A DNA stretch of 64,000 bases, from NCBI GenBank assembly GCA_963663385.2, contig CAXXXD010000001.1, positions 480,001-544,000 of the forward strand, in the 5' to 3' direction. This document shows, in pieces, positions 1 through 11,000 of this stretch; position 1 is the stretch's first letter, and the number at the start of each line of letters is the position of its first letter. The notes under the pieces are model-generated. The model saw nothing but the letters and a program-made list of their open reading frames with translations. It was not told the DNA's origin and ran no database searches. Source of the DNA: Oceanispirochaeta sp. Lineage in GTDB: Bacteria > Spirochaetota > Spirochaetia > DSM-2461. The translations under genes and the position numbers were made by a program.

Positions 1-85
1 CTTTTACCATTTGTAATATTTCGTCAGAGTAACCGCATTCCTGTGCTCTCAAGTGTATATAATCAATACTTTCCTGTTTTGTCAT
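1..85 (-). CDS. Possible 5' end of a gene running off the left window edge (MTKQESIDYIHLRAQECGYSDEILQMVK...)
   Basis: ATG at 85 with an open frame to the window edge, divergent from the next gene; no homology recognised. Confidence 0.3.
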   Translation of the reverse strand, partial: MTKQESIDYIHLRAQECGYSDEILQMVK

Positions 86-241
86 TTTCGGCTCTTAGTG
101 AATTGATTTTAAATATTGTAAGATAAAACAGAACATATGGGAATACTCGGAAATCCTTCTGGAGCTACTGTTTTCTATTTCATTTCAGGACAGCTTTCAG
201 TACAATAAACTGACAAAACATGCACTTAAAAGGAATATGAT

Positions 242-1225
242 ATGAAATATATGATGAAGGCTGTCGTTTGCAGTGCCGTCCTCCTGTTCCTGACAGGGTG
301 TTCCGGCTCTCTTTATCCTGTCTTTATTGATGAAAAAGTCGGGTACATCAATAAAAAGGGTGAAGAAGTTGTTTCTCCTCTTTTTGATAAGGGGGACCAT
401 TTTTCCGAAGGTCTTGCCATCGTATCCCTCAATGAGAAGCTGGGCTACATTAATTCCCGCGGTGAACTGGCTATCGACCATCAGTTTGATCAGGCGTCTC
501 CCTTTCATGAAGGACTGGCACTGGTTGTAGTGGATGAAAAGGTGGGTTATATCAATACCAGGGGAGAATATATTGTGGAACCGGTCTATATCAGGGGCGG
601 GAATTTCTCCGAAGGCCGGGCTTCTGTCCGGACGGAGGATGAAAAAACCTACCTGATTGATAAAAAAGGCAGACAGATTAAAGAGATCTCCTTTGAGTAT
701 CTTGGAGAATTCCATGATGGTCTGGCTTTAATAATCCGAAATGGTTTATGCGGATTTATAGATAAGAACGGTGAGGTTGCTATAGAGCCTCAATTTGAAT
801 ATGCAGGCAGTTTTTCCAATGGTCTGGCCCTGATAGTTCAGGATGGGAAGGGTGGTTATCTGGACAGGAAGGGGACAGTTCGAATTGAACCCCGATTCTT
901 CTATTCTGGAGACTTTTCAGATGACCGGGCTCTCTTCGTCGATGAGGAGAAAGCGGGTTTCATTGATTTGAAGGGGAATGTGGCTATTCCGGCACAGTAC
1001 GCTTTTGCCGGTAGCTTTTCAGAGGGGCTGGCCAAAGTTCAGGTCGGTGAGAAAATGGGCTTTATCGATAATAAAGGAGAAATGGTGATTCCGGCAGATT
1101 TCGAATACGGAGAAGATTTTCATGAGGGTCTGGCCATGATGGTTCGGGACGGCGCGATAGTTTATATCGATAGAAAAGGAAGAATTGTCTGGTCCGGCGG
1201 AACAGAGGATAAAGAGGGGGAGTGA
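242..1225 (+). CDS. WG (KWG)-repeat lipoprotein
   Basis: Lipobox LTGC; repeated GYI/GFID..G..VI.P.F....F.EGLA units. Confidence 0.85.
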   Translation: MKYMMKAVVCSAVLLFLTGCSGSLYPVFIDEKVGYINKKGEEVVSPLFDKGDHFSEGLAIVSLNEKLGYINSRGELAIDHQFDQASPFHEGLALVVVDEKVGYINTRGEYIVEPVYIRGGNFSEGRASVRTEDEKTYLIDKKGRQIKEISFEYLGEFHDGLALIIRNGLCGFIDKNGEVAIEPQFEYAGSFSNGLALIVQDGKGGYLDRKGTVRIEPRFFYSGDFSDDRALFVDEEKAGFIDLKGNVAIPAQYAFAGSFSEGLAKVQVGEKMGFIDNKGEMVIPADFEYGEDFHEGLAMMVRDGAIVYIDRKGRIVWSGGTEDKEGE

Positions 1226-2226
1226 TGGACGAAATTACTATCCGTAAACCCGATGACTTTCACCTGCACCTGAGGCAGGGGGAAAATATGGGAGAATATG
1301 TCAGGCAGAGCAGCCGCTGTTTTGAAAGAGCTCTTATTATGCCTAACATCATCCCACCTGTTTGTGATTCAGTTTCCCTTCTCCGCTATAAAAAGAGTAT
1401 TCTCACAGAGGCTGAAAATTTCAAACCCCTTATGACTTTTAAAATCCTTCCTGATATGAAGGCTGAAAATATAAAACCCCTGAAAGAAGCCGGTGCTGTT
1501 GCGGGAAAACTGTACCCGGCGGGAGCAACCACAAATGCTGAGGATGGTGTGACGTCTCTGGACCAGATAAAGGATGTTCTTTCTGCCATGGAAGAGGAGG
1601 GACTTATCCTCAGTATCCATGGAGAGGATCCGGAAGCGTCCATCCTTGAAAGGGAACAGGCGTACCTCCCGGAGCTGTCTAAGATTGCATCATCCTTCGG
1701 GTCTCTCAAAGTAGTTCTGGAACACCTCTCAAATAGGGAAAGCCTGGATTTTCTTAATGATCTGCCCGAAACCTTTGCAGGAACCATAACAGTACACCAC
1801 CTGCTATTTACACTGGACGATCTGATGGGAGGAGCCCTTAAGACTCATCTGTTCTGTAAGCCGGTCGTTAAGTCGGAGAAGGACCGGAAGGCTCTGGCTG
1901 ATGCTGTCCTGAGTGAAAACCCGCGGCTGTTCTTCGGTTCAGACAGTGCGCCTCACAGGAAGTGTGATAAAGAGAACGGAACGGCCAGCGCCGGTGTTTT
2001 TACTTCACCTGTCGCTTTGCCCCTGCTGGCGGATTTCTTTGCTAGAGAAGGCTGTCTGGATCGCCTGGAGGGATTTGTCAGTATTCGTGGAGCAGAATTC
2101 TATGATCTGCCTCTTAACAGGGATAATATAACCCTGTTAAGGGCCTCCTGGATTGTCCCGGAGCTGATAGGAGGCGCTGTACCTCTGATGGCCGGACAGG
2201 AGCTGGCCTGGAGGGTTCTCTCATAA
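1222..2226 (+). CDS. pyrC: Dihydroorotase, homodimeric (E. coli-like) type
   Basis: PDDFHLHLR, MPN, KLYPAGATTN, HGE, EH, CKP, GSDSAPH motifs; ATG at 1225 is an alternative start. Confidence 0.93.
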   Translation: MMDEITIRKPDDFHLHLRQGENMGEYVRQSSRCFERALIMPNIIPPVCDSVSLLRYKKSILTEAENFKPLMTFKILPDMKAENIKPLKEAGAVAGKLYPAGATTNAEDGVTSLDQIKDVLSAMEEEGLILSIHGEDPEASILEREQAYLPELSKIASSFGSLKVVLEHLSNRESLDFLNDLPETFAGTITVHHLLFTLDDLMGGALKTHLFCKPVVKSEKDRKALADAVLSENPRLFFGSDSAPHRKCDKENGTASAGVFTSPVALPLLADFFAREGCLDRLEGFVSIRGAEFYDLPLNRDNITLLRASWIVPELIGGAVPLMAGQELAWRVLS

Positions 2227-2253
2227 CAGGGAATTCTATAAAATGAGGATATT

Positions 2254-3000
2254 ATGATAATTATACCAGCAATAGATCTACTGGACGGCCAATGCGTCCG
2301 CCTGCTTAAAGGTGATTACAACAAGGTCAGTTCTTACGAAAAGAACCCCACGGTTATAGCTTCCCGGTTTCAGGAAATGGGCGTTCGCCGTCTGCACCTG
2401 GTAGACCTGGATGCGGCCAGGGGACAGGGGAAAAACAATAGAGAGAATATCCGGGCTATTCGCAAAGTGTTTACCGGTTTGATTGAAGTGGGCGGCGGCG
2501 TCCGGACAGAGGATGATATCAGAGAGCTTCTTGATGCCGGTGTTGATCGGCTTATTGTCGGTACCGTTCTGGCGAAAGATCCGGATCTTGTGGCATTTTG
2601 GATAAAAAAATATGGCCCCGTATTTATTGCCGGAATTGATGCGCTCAATGGAAAGGTTAAGGTTTCCGGTTGGGAAGAGGGTTCCACTCTGGGAGACGAA
2701 GTCCTTTCTGTAAAATGTGCAGAGATGGGTATCGGGAATATTATTTATACAAATATCGCCAAGGACGGGACCCTGGACGGGCCGGACCTGGAACGAACCA
2801 GCCGGATAGCCGAAGTTTCGGGGCTGGCCGTAACCCTTTCCGGAGGGATCAGTTCGGATGAAGATCTGGATTTTGTCTGCCGGGAAGGTCATGCCGGAAT
2901 CCGCGGGATTATAACAGGAAAGGCCTATTATGAAGGCCGGATAGATATAGAGGCGGTTATCGAGAAATATCAGAGTAAAGATGAGGAGATAGACTGGTGA
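2254..3000 (+). CDS. hisA: ProFAR isomerase
   Basis: IIPAIDLLDGQCVRL, HLVDLDAA, VGGGVR, YTNIAKDGTLDGPD, SGGISS. Confidence 0.95.
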   Translation: MIIIPAIDLLDGQCVRLLKGDYNKVSSYEKNPTVIASRFQEMGVRRLHLVDLDAARGQGKNNRENIRAIRKVFTGLIEVGGGVRTEDDIRELLDAGVDRLIVGTVLAKDPDLVAFWIKKYGPVFIAGIDALNGKVKVSGWEEGSTLGDEVLSVKCAEMGIGNIIYTNIAKDGTLDGPDLERTSRIAEVSGLAVTLSGGISSDEDLDFVCREGHAGIRGIITGKAYYEGRIDIEAVIEKYQSKDEEIDW

Positions 3001-3575
3001 GTCAGGGAATCGTACTGCCTCTGGTAGTAAACATTCAGGGTGGGAAAACAGGCGGTGCCCTGATGAATGACAAGAGCTATTCCAAGAGCAGAGAGAATGG
3101 AGTTCTATGGGTTTGTCACCCTGAAACAGGTCGTATCCTACCCTATAAAAAGGATCCTCATTTTATTATCCTTGAAAAAAGGACAAACTACTACTATGCA
3201 GAACTGGAAGAAGGGGCTTCGGAGGATGCCTATGATTTTGTTCTGGAATCGGTAGATGTGGAAAATCATGCTTCCGTTTCTCTCAGTACGGCAGATGATG
3301 AACATAGCGATATCCTGTCTCATTTAACAGATACGATTGCCAAACGCCACAGGGAGATGCCGGAGGGATCCTATACAACCCATCTTTTTCAGAAAGGTTC
3401 GGAAAAAATCCGGAAAAAAGCCGGAGAAGAAGCGATTGAACTGGTATTGGCTAAAACAAAGGAAGATCTTATCTATGAATCAGCCGATCTGATCTATCAT
3501 CTGATGGTTCTGCTGGAAGAGGAAGGGCTGTCTATTCAGGATGTTCTGCTGGAACTGAAAAAGCGGGACAGCTGA
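2997..3575 (+). CDS. hisE: Phosphoribosyl-ATP diphosphatase with a degenerate HisI-like N-terminal region
   Basis: C-terminal PEGSYTTHLF..KKAGEEAIE..ESADLIYHLMVLL. Confidence 0.85.
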   Translation: MSQGIVLPLVVNIQGGKTGGALMNDKSYSKSRENGVLWVCHPETGRILPYKKDPHFIILEKRTNYYYAELEEGASEDAYDFVLESVDVENHASVSLSTADDEHSDILSHLTDTIAKRHREMPEGSYTTHLFQKGSEKIRKKAGEEAIELVLAKTKEDLIYESADLIYHLMVLLEEEGLSIQDVLLELKKRDS

Positions 3576-3639
3576 GGAAACCTTCATTCCCGCCCTTTTT
3601 CTCCCAAAGGGAGAAGGGTTAAATTTTTTCTGAAAATGC

Positions 3640-3672
3640 AAAAGCCGGGTCCCCAGGGATTCCGGCTTTTTT
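3640..3672. terminator. Probable bidirectional intrinsic terminator between convergent genes
   Basis: AAAAGCCGG...CCGGCTTTTTT. Confidence 0.75.
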
Positions 3673-3766
3673 ATAGTTAAATTTATCTTGATGAATAACT
3701 CCCAAACCTGATTCAAGGTCTCACTCGACGCCTACGAAGGAGAGGTTCCTGAGCGAAGTCGAAGGA

Positions 3767-5257
3767 TTATTTTTCCGACAATACTTTATTCATGGCGGCG
3801 GCGGCTCTCCGGCCGTCACCCATTGCCAGGATTACTGTAGCAGCACCCTGAGAGATGTCTCCTCCGGCATAAACCATATCAAGAGATGTCTTCTGGTTCT
3901 CATCCACCACAACTGTTCCCCAATCTGTAAACTCCAGGCCGGGAGTTGTCTGCTGGATTAAAGGGTTGGAGGCGTTGCCGATGGCAGGGATACAGGTTTC
4001 AACCTCAATTTCAAATTCGCTCCCTTTGATGGGGACTGGCCGTCTTCTGCCGGAATCATCCGGTTCTCCCAGTTCAAATCTCTGACACTCAATGGCTCTG
4101 ACTCTGCCGGTTTCATCACCCAGAATCCTGACAGGGCTGGTAAGCATGTCAAAAATAACGCCCTCCTCCCTGGCGTGGTGAACTTCTTCCACACGGGCGG
4201 GCATCTCTTTTTCTGTCCGGCGGTAGATAATATGAACCTCTTCCGCTCCAAGACGTACTGCCGTACGGGCCGCATCCATAGCTACGTTGCCTCCGCCGAA
4301 AACCGCCACTTTTTTAGTCCTGTAGATGGGGGTTTCAGAGTTTTTTTCATCATAGGCTTTCATCAGGTTGGAACGGGTAAGGTATTCATTCGCCGAGAAT
4401 ACACCAACAAGGTTTTCTCCCTCTATGTGCATGAACTTGGGAAGACCGGCTCCTGTTGATATATATACGGCATCAAAACCGTCTTTTTCCATCAGATCTT
4501 TCAGTTTTCGGGTCCGTCCGACAAGGAAGCTGGTTTTTACCTCCACTCCCATTTCAATAAGTCCCTGAACTTCCAGTTCTACAATGCTTTTGGGCAGACG
4601 GAATTCCGGTATCCCATAGACCGTTACTCCGCCGGGTTTATGAAATGCTTCAAAAATGGTTACGCCATGTCCGGCTTTTCTGAGATCCGCTGCTGCGGTT
4701 AATCCGGAGGGGCCGCTGCCGATGATGGCAACCCTTTTACCTGTATCCGGTGCGCATTCCGGAGGCGTTACAGCATTATTCTCCCTTTCCCAGTCTGCCA
4801 GGTAGCGTTCAATACGGCCTATGGCAACGGACTGTTCCGGGTCTTTCAGGATTTTTCCCAGAGTACACTGCTCCATACACTGTTTTTCCTGAGGACAGAC
4901 ACGGCCGCAGATAGCGGGAAGCATACTGCTCTCTTTTATGACTCCGATCGCTTCTGAAAATTCACCTTTTCCCGAATGCCTGATAAAACGGGGTATATCA
5001 ATGCTGACAGGGCATCCTTTGATACAGGGGGCATTTTTGCACTGCAGACAGCGCTGGGATTCAACAATAACCTGCTCTTCCCAGTATCCCAGAGCTACCT
5101 CTTCCATATTATTCCTTCTGATGGAAGGATCCTGAGACGGCATGTCCTGCTGGGGGATCTCTCTTCTCTCTTTGGCAGTCAGGTCTTTTCCCTTCAGTCG
5201 TTCTGCAAGGACCGATGCTTCTTTATGTAATTCATCAGGTGTTTTGAATTCGCTCAT
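3767..5257 (-). CDS. nfnB: NfnB/GltA-like NADPH-dependent flavo-Fe-S subunit of an electron-bifurcating transhydrogenase
   Basis: RCLQC..PCIKGCPV, ICGRVCPQEKQC, GSGPSG, YGIPEFRLPK, GGGNVAMD; adjacent to nfnA. Confidence 0.85.
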   Translation of the reverse strand: MSEFKTPDELHKEASVLAERLKGKDLTAKERREIPQQDMPSQDPSIRRNNMEEVALGYWEEQVIVESQRCLQCKNAPCIKGCPVSIDIPRFIRHSGKGEFSEAIGVIKESSMLPAICGRVCPQEKQCMEQCTLGKILKDPEQSVAIGRIERYLADWERENNAVTPPECAPDTGKRVAIIGSGPSGLTAAADLRKAGHGVTIFEAFHKPGGVTVYGIPEFRLPKSIVELEVQGLIEMGVEVKTSFLVGRTRKLKDLMEKDGFDAVYISTGAGLPKFMHIEGENLVGVFSANEYLTRSNLMKAYDEKNSETPIYRTKKVAVFGGGNVAMDAARTAVRLGAEEVHIIYRRTEKEMPARVEEVHHAREEGVIFDMLTSPVRILGDETGRVRAIECQRFELGEPDDSGRRRPVPIKGSEFEIEVETCIPAIGNASNPLIQQTTPGLEFTDWGTVVVDENQKTSLDMVYAGGDISQGAATVILAMGDGRRAAAAMNKVLSEK

Positions 5258-6111
5258 TACTTTTGTTTCTCCATCAGTTTATCAGCCTGGGCATCAAGCC
5301 GGCAGCGGTGTTCCTCATGGGTGGTGTATGATTTCTGACGCAGCATCATGTTGTCAAAATCCACCAGATGACCATCAAATTCGGGACCGTCAACACAGAC
5401 AAATTTGGTTTTTCCTCCAACAGTTACCCGGCATCCCCCACACATGCCCGTTCCGTCTACCATAATTGTATTTAATGAAACCATGGTGGGGACCTTAAAG
5501 GGACGTGTTGTTTCTGCGCAGAATTTCATCATAATGGGAGGGCCTATGGAAAATACTTCAGCCGGAGGTGTATCGCTTTCACAGAGCTCCTTGAGGGGAA
5601 CTGTTACCAGATCTTTTCTACCGTAGGAGCCGTCGTCTGTACAGACTATCAGCCGATCAGCCTGGGCTTTCATTTCATCTTCCATAATAAGAAGATCCTT
5701 GTTACGGGCTCCCATAATAACAATTACTTCATTTCCCGCTTTTTTAAGGGCCTGTACTATCGGGTACATGGGAGCAACTCCGATTCCGCCTCCTACACAG
5801 ACAACAGGTCCTTCCCTTTTTTCAATATGTGTGGGCTGACCCAGGGGGCCCAGAACAGTTTCGACTTTTTCGCCAGCTTCCAGCCGGCTCAATTTTTTTG
5901 TTGTTGCTCCGACTGCCTGAAATATTATTTCGATAAACCCTTCCTGCGCATCCGCATTGGCGATTGTGAGGGGGATCCGTTCTCCATACTCCTTATCCAC
6001 CTGCAGAATAAGGAACTGTCCGGCCTTTCTTTCTTCTGCAATTAAAGGCGCATTGATTTTCATTCGGAAAACATCTGCTGAGAGTTGTTTCTTTTCTAGA
6101 ATAGTGTTCAT
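5257..6111 (-). CDS. nfnA: NfnA (SudB/PyrK-like FAD/NAD-binding 2Fe-2S subunit)
   Basis: GQF, ERIPLTIA, GPLG, GGGIGVAP, MVDGTGMCGGCRV, FVCVDGPEFDG; ATG at 6111 follows GGAG. Confidence 0.85.
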   Translation of the reverse strand: MNTILEKKQLSADVFRMKINAPLIAEERKAGQFLILQVDKEYGERIPLTIANADAQEGFIEIIFQAVGATTKKLSRLEAGEKVETVLGPLGQPTHIEKREGPVVCVGGGIGVAPMYPIVQALKKAGNEVIVIMGARNKDLLIMEDEMKAQADRLIVCTDDGSYGRKDLVTVPLKELCESDTPPAEVFSIGPPIMMKFCAETTRPFKVPTMVSLNTIMVDGTGMCGGCRVTVGGKTKFVCVDGPEFDGHLVDFDNMMLRQKSYTTHEEHRCRLDAQADKLMEKQK

Positions 6112-6323
6112 TTGGATCTCCAATATTTATAATAACTGAGATGCCTTTACAGGACAATTCTCTATAAAACAATCAATTTCTGAGATAGGTTCTGGATATT
6201 CTAATACTTTGAGCATGACTAATTTACCTTTTTTTAGGTAGAAAAGCAAATTTTTTAAAATCATCAGTTTATATAATGTGAATTATATTTCAATAAACCT
6301 GATTATGCGGCAGAAACGAGCTG

Positions 6324-6758
6324 TTAAACGTATTTGTTAAAGCTTTTAAGCATCAGAAAGCTTTCAGTTGATGTGACATTCTCAACGGCTGGAAGCTCTT
6401 CTGTCAGGAATCGGACCAGCCCATGGTTTGAGTCGATCAGAACCTGTATAAAGAGATCATAACGGCCCGTGGTAATGGATACATCCAGAACGTTGGGCAG
6501 GTCAGCTATCTCCTTTGCTTTGGACTCCAGGAGAGATGATTCCGATACGTTTACAGCAACTGTGGCTAACTGTTGATTTTCCAGGACTTCAGGGTTTATC
6601 AGAGCTCTGATCTTGACGATCCCGGCATCTTTCAAGCGTTTTAATCTTTGCCGGACTGTCCCCTCGGAAATGCCCAGAAGCCTTGCTATGGCATTGTTGT
6701 TCTGATGAGATTCCCTCAGGGTATTGATTATTTTCCAGTCTATTTCATCGGGTTGCAC
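6324..6758 (-). CDS. Lrp/AsnC family regulator, probably controlling ald
   Basis: [35 protein letters not shown]; overlaps the 3' end of ald. Confidence 0.88.
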   Translation of the reverse strand: MQPDEIDWKIINTLRESHQNNNAIARLLGISEGTVRQRLKRLKDAGIVKIRALINPEVLENQQLATVAVNVSESSLLESKAKEIADLPNVLDVSITTGRYDLFIQVLIDSNHGLVRFLTEELPAVENVTSTESFLMLKSFNKYV

Positions 6759-7867
6759 GGTATACTTTCCTCAATTGGAGTATACGGAAAATCCCATGCT
6801 TGGGCAACTCTCTCGCATGTCAGATGGCCGTTGTATGTATTAACTCCTTTCATTAGGGCAGAACTGCGGCAGACAGCTTCTTCTACACCAAGGTCCGCCA
6901 GCATCAGTCCATATTTCAATGTGGCTCCTGTGAGGGCCTGGGTGGATGTCAGGGCAACGGCTCCCGGCATATTGGCAACACAGTAGTGAACGATCCCATC
7001 TATGATGAAGACGGGATTATCGTGGGTTGTTGCTCTGGTTGTTTCAAAGCATCCCCCCTGATCAACCGCAACATCAACAATGACAGCTCCGGATTTCATC
7101 TCTTTCAGGTCCGTTTTGCTTATAAGATGGGGCGCTTTTGCGCCGGGTATCAGTACCGCACCGATTACAAGGTCGCTCTCTCTGATTACTTTGTGGATAT
7201 TCTCTTCCGTACTATACAGAGTCGTTACCTGGCCATGGAAAATATCATCCAGGTAAGCTAGGCGTTCAGCATTTATGTCAAGAATCGTTACTTCGGCTCC
7301 AAGGCCGACAGCCATCTTTGCAGCATTTGTGCCTACCACACCTCCCCCGAGAACGGCAACCCTGCCGCGATGGACACCGGGAACTCCGCCCAGAAGAACT
7401 CCTCTGCCTCCCTGAGGCCTTTCCAGAAACCGTGCTCCCTCCTGAACGGAAAGGCGGCCGGCAATTTCACTCATGGGGTTGAGACAGGGAAGTTTTCCAT
7501 GTTCTTCAATGGTTTCATAAGCGACGGCTTTTACTTTTTTCCTCATAAGAGCTTCGGTTTGAGCCTTGTCCGCGGCCAGATGCAGATAGGTAAAGAGGAT
7601 CTGCCCTTCATGAAAAAGATCATATTCGGAAGGTTGAGGCTCTTTTACCTTTATAACCATTTCCGCTCTGTCAAAGAGCTCTTTCTTATTGTCTACAATC
7701 TCTCCTCCGGCTTTTCTGTACTCCTCATCAGGGTATCCGGAAGAGGCTCCGGCATTTTTTTCAACCAGAACGGTGTGACCTCTTTTTGAATAGGCTTTGA
7801 CATTATCCGGAGTCAAACCTACACGGTACTCATGAGTTTTAATTTCTTTTGCTACTGCAATAATCAT
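6740..7867 (-). CDS. ald: Alanine dehydrogenase
   Basis: [56 protein letters not shown]; start re-called to 7867 after AAGGAG. Confidence 0.95.
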   Translation of the reverse strand: MIIAVAKEIKTHEYRVGLTPDNVKAYSKRGHTVLVEKNAGASSGYPDEEYRKAGGEIVDNKKELFDRAEMVIKVKEPQPSEYDLFHEGQILFTYLHLAADKAQTEALMRKKVKAVAYETIEEHGKLPCLNPMSEIAGRLSVQEGARFLERPQGGRGVLLGGVPGVHRGRVAVLGGGVVGTNAAKMAVGLGAEVTILDINAERLAYLDDIFHGQVTTLYSTEENIHKVIRESDLVIGAVLIPGAKAPHLISKTDLKEMKSGAVIVDVAVDQGGCFETTRATTHDNPVFIIDGIVHYCVANMPGAVALTSTQALTGATLKYGLMLADLGVEEAVCRSSALMKGVNTYNGHLTCERVAQAWDFPYTPIEESIPCNPMK

Positions 7868-8010
7868 ACGAATCTCCTTTCGGGGACAATTTCTGGTTAG
7901 TGTTATCATGCTGGTATAATAAATCATAAAACGAAAATCGTAATATAACAAATAAAAAAGACGTAAAACGAATTCGGGAAGGGTTTAAAGGATTTTGTAC
8001 TTTAATAAGA

Positions 8011-8044
8011 AAAAGCCCCTGCGATTAGTATAAATGCAGGGGCT
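8011..8044 (-). terminator. Intrinsic terminator of the activase gene
   Basis: AGCCCCTGC...GCAGGGGCT hairpin followed by a U-tract on the minus strand. Confidence 0.7.
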
Positions 8045-8080
8045 GTAAATTGTTTCTATCAGGAAAACTCCGGAAGGCTG

Positions 8081-11000
8081 TCAGTCTCCGGCAACCATAA
8101 CCTCTTCTTCTTCAACTGGAGTGCTATGGTCGGATTCAATCAGATCCATGGAATCGGGATCGGATTTGAAGCGGAGTACATTCATCATAAAAATATTTAA
8201 TTTATTGATTATATTGGGAGGCAGCTGGTTGCCGTCTACCTCAATGGACATGGCTGGGTACTTCCTCTCTCTTGCCCAGGGTGTATACAGACCTTCGATT
8301 ACCCGGCCGATCAAACAGGCAAAGGGGGAAATGTTAATGACTCCCGAGTAACCCTCCTCCATGGCAGTAGCGGCCACACCGCTTGAAATGGCAATTTCAG
8401 AATTCAATTCCAGATTCAGAAAATTATCTGTTGTATTCTTCATTATCCTGTTCATATCATGGGGAGTATGGGGAATCAGGTCCGCATGACGGAGGCATTT
8501 TTTCACCTTACGTTCAATAGCATGCTTCCAGGCTTTTTCTATAGAGAGTTTTAAAAGGTCCCGCCTTTCTCTGCAGGTTGCCCGTTTATGCCAGGGCTGG
8601 AGTTTCAGTCTCTTGTTCAGATCGTAGTCCCTGACAAAATCCAGATAGTGTATCCACTCGGAAATTCCGGAAACTTTGGCAATGATGTTTTTACGGCTCA
8701 TCAGTTCCACCAGTTCATCAACCGCAAAATCATCCCGTCTCACATAGATCTCTCCCACGATCAGAACCCGTGGCACTTCGTGAATTGTCTTCTTCAGAGG
8801 GATTTTCGCAATTTCTTTAGCCACCTTTTCCAGAGCCGGATAGACGGTTTTAAAGTCCTTCTCTGCTGCGCTTGTCATTTCATGCCACAGTTCATTATAT
8901 TTCGCAATCGCCTCAGCCGGTTTCTCTGCACAGGCTCGCAGGGAGGTTTGTATATCCTTCATATAATCGGAAATAACAAGTCCCTGCCACATGTATTTAC
9001 TGAAGTTGGGACCCAGTTCCGTATAGGAGTTGTCGGCGCTCATGGTAATAACAACCACATTTTCCAGCCGCATATCCTTGAATAAGTTCTCGTAAAAGAC
9101 AAAGTACTGCCCCGTCCGGCAGGGGCCGGTTGTTATGGGTACGAAAAGAAGGTAGATCTCATCTTTTCTGTAATCCGGTGAATTGATGAATTTCAAAGCG
9201 CTTCCCAGTACCAGGTGGCTGGGAACACACTCCTTGCCGGAAGCGTGGCTTCTGGCAAGCTGCAGGGTTTTGGAATCGGCTTCCGGCATGGCTTCCGCAT
9301 TGTATCCGGAGGAACGGACGATGGACGCCATCATTTCTGTGGCCAGGTTACCCATATTGGAGAGCAGCATTTTTACACGGGGATTATTCCTGAACGGTAT
9401 TTTTTCTCCGGTGCTGGTATTCAATATATGAAGGTCTTCTTCTCCGTTATTAATAAACCGGAGGCCGTTGTCATAACGTTCCTCCTTTCCCCTGTCTTTT
9501 CGGGATCTGTACCCGTCAATAATATCGAGGAAGGCCTCGATCCGGGTATCCACTCCCGCGTCAGCTGAGTGAGAATCCAGCTCCAGAATCAGGAACGGTT
9601 TGGTTTCCATCATCCATTTCAGGTAATGGAGGATAAAAGAGTCCGGGGCACAGGAGAAGTTCGTTATATAGGTTACATAGATATTCGGCTCATCCTTCAG
9701 CATGGCTGCGGCTTTCATATCCAGCTGACCGTAATACCAGTACATATTGGAGAAAATCTTCTCCTCTCCAACAGGCAGTATATCGAAGGGGATAATGGAG
9801 TATCCCCGGCTGCTGAATTTCCGGGGAATACCCATATTGGCTTCCGGAGTAAACGCATTATAGGGTCTTCCAAGCAGAGCGATTACGGGATGATTAACCT
9901 CTCTGGCCTTGGCCAGGGCCTCTTTTCCAAGGTTTCTGGCTGCTTTCTGATAGGATTCCTGTTTGGAGAGTGCTTTTCTGAATGCCTTTTTGACATCGTC
10001 TTCAGACAGAGAAAGCTGTTCTCCCAGTTTAAGAAAGTATTCAAGGGCTTTTCCTTCTCCGAATTTAAAAGTAACGATCAGGGGCAGGAGTTTTTCTTCG
10101 GGGACATCGGGGAAGGCCTTCTGTATGTAGTAGGGCAGGCTCTGTGTAATGGGGCAGAAGTTGGCATGAACATCCTTTTCCATACTGGGCATGTCTCTGA
10201 AGTGCGGAACAAAGATATAGTCGGTTTTTTTATTGATTATGTCCTGTACCGCACCATGGGCAATTTCCGCCGGGAAACAGTAGGCACTCTCTACACGGGC
10301 TACTCCGTTGTGATCAATTTCATCGGAAAGAACGGTTTTTATACCCAATTCATGAAAGAACCAGGAGTAGAGGGGGTAGAGAGTGTGTACGGAGAAACAC
10401 TTGGGGATTCCAACAGAAAAGGGATGTTTCTGGGAGAAATCCTCGGCTTTCGGGGCATGGGTTTCAAACATCAGCTTATTCCGTTCGTCAATGTAATTAA
10501 CGACTTCCCCTTCGGGTTTAGTCTTATTGCTTGAGTTTGTATATTTGCTGCATCGTCCTCCGAACATATATCTATGTTCATTTACATTCAGTACCTGAAT
10601 GGGACAGTAGTTATCACAGCTCTTGCAGGTAAATACCTTGCCGTACTCAATCTGAGTATCCAGAACAGCTTCCAGATCAAAATTCCCCCGGTCCAGGAGT
10701 TCTTCCCGGTACTTCTGTCTGGCAAGAATACCAACTCCGAAACAGCCCATCAGTTCCGGTGCAGGGGGGACGAGAATTTCCTTATCCAGAAGCATGGCAA
10801 AAGCGAGGGGGACAGCCTTGTTTTTTGCCACACCACCCTGCAGGAAGATTTTCTTTCCGATTGTTCTGTTTCCAACAACGCGGTTCAGATAATTTGAAAC
10901 GATGGATGTTACGATTCCGGCAGTTATATCCTCCCTTCTGGCTCCCTGCTGAATGGCTTTACGGATATCGGAATTGATGAAGGCAGAACAGTGCTCGCCG

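Noticed and set aside
3767..5257. Glutamate synthase small subunit call
   Set aside because: No gltB nearby, and pairing with an NfnA-type gene favours the NfnAB transhydrogenase
9569..10534. 321 aa plus-strand ORF inside the activase gene (likewise 20198-21262, 28389-29201, 62272-63036)
   Set aside because: Antisense shadows of confident genes, explicable by codon bias
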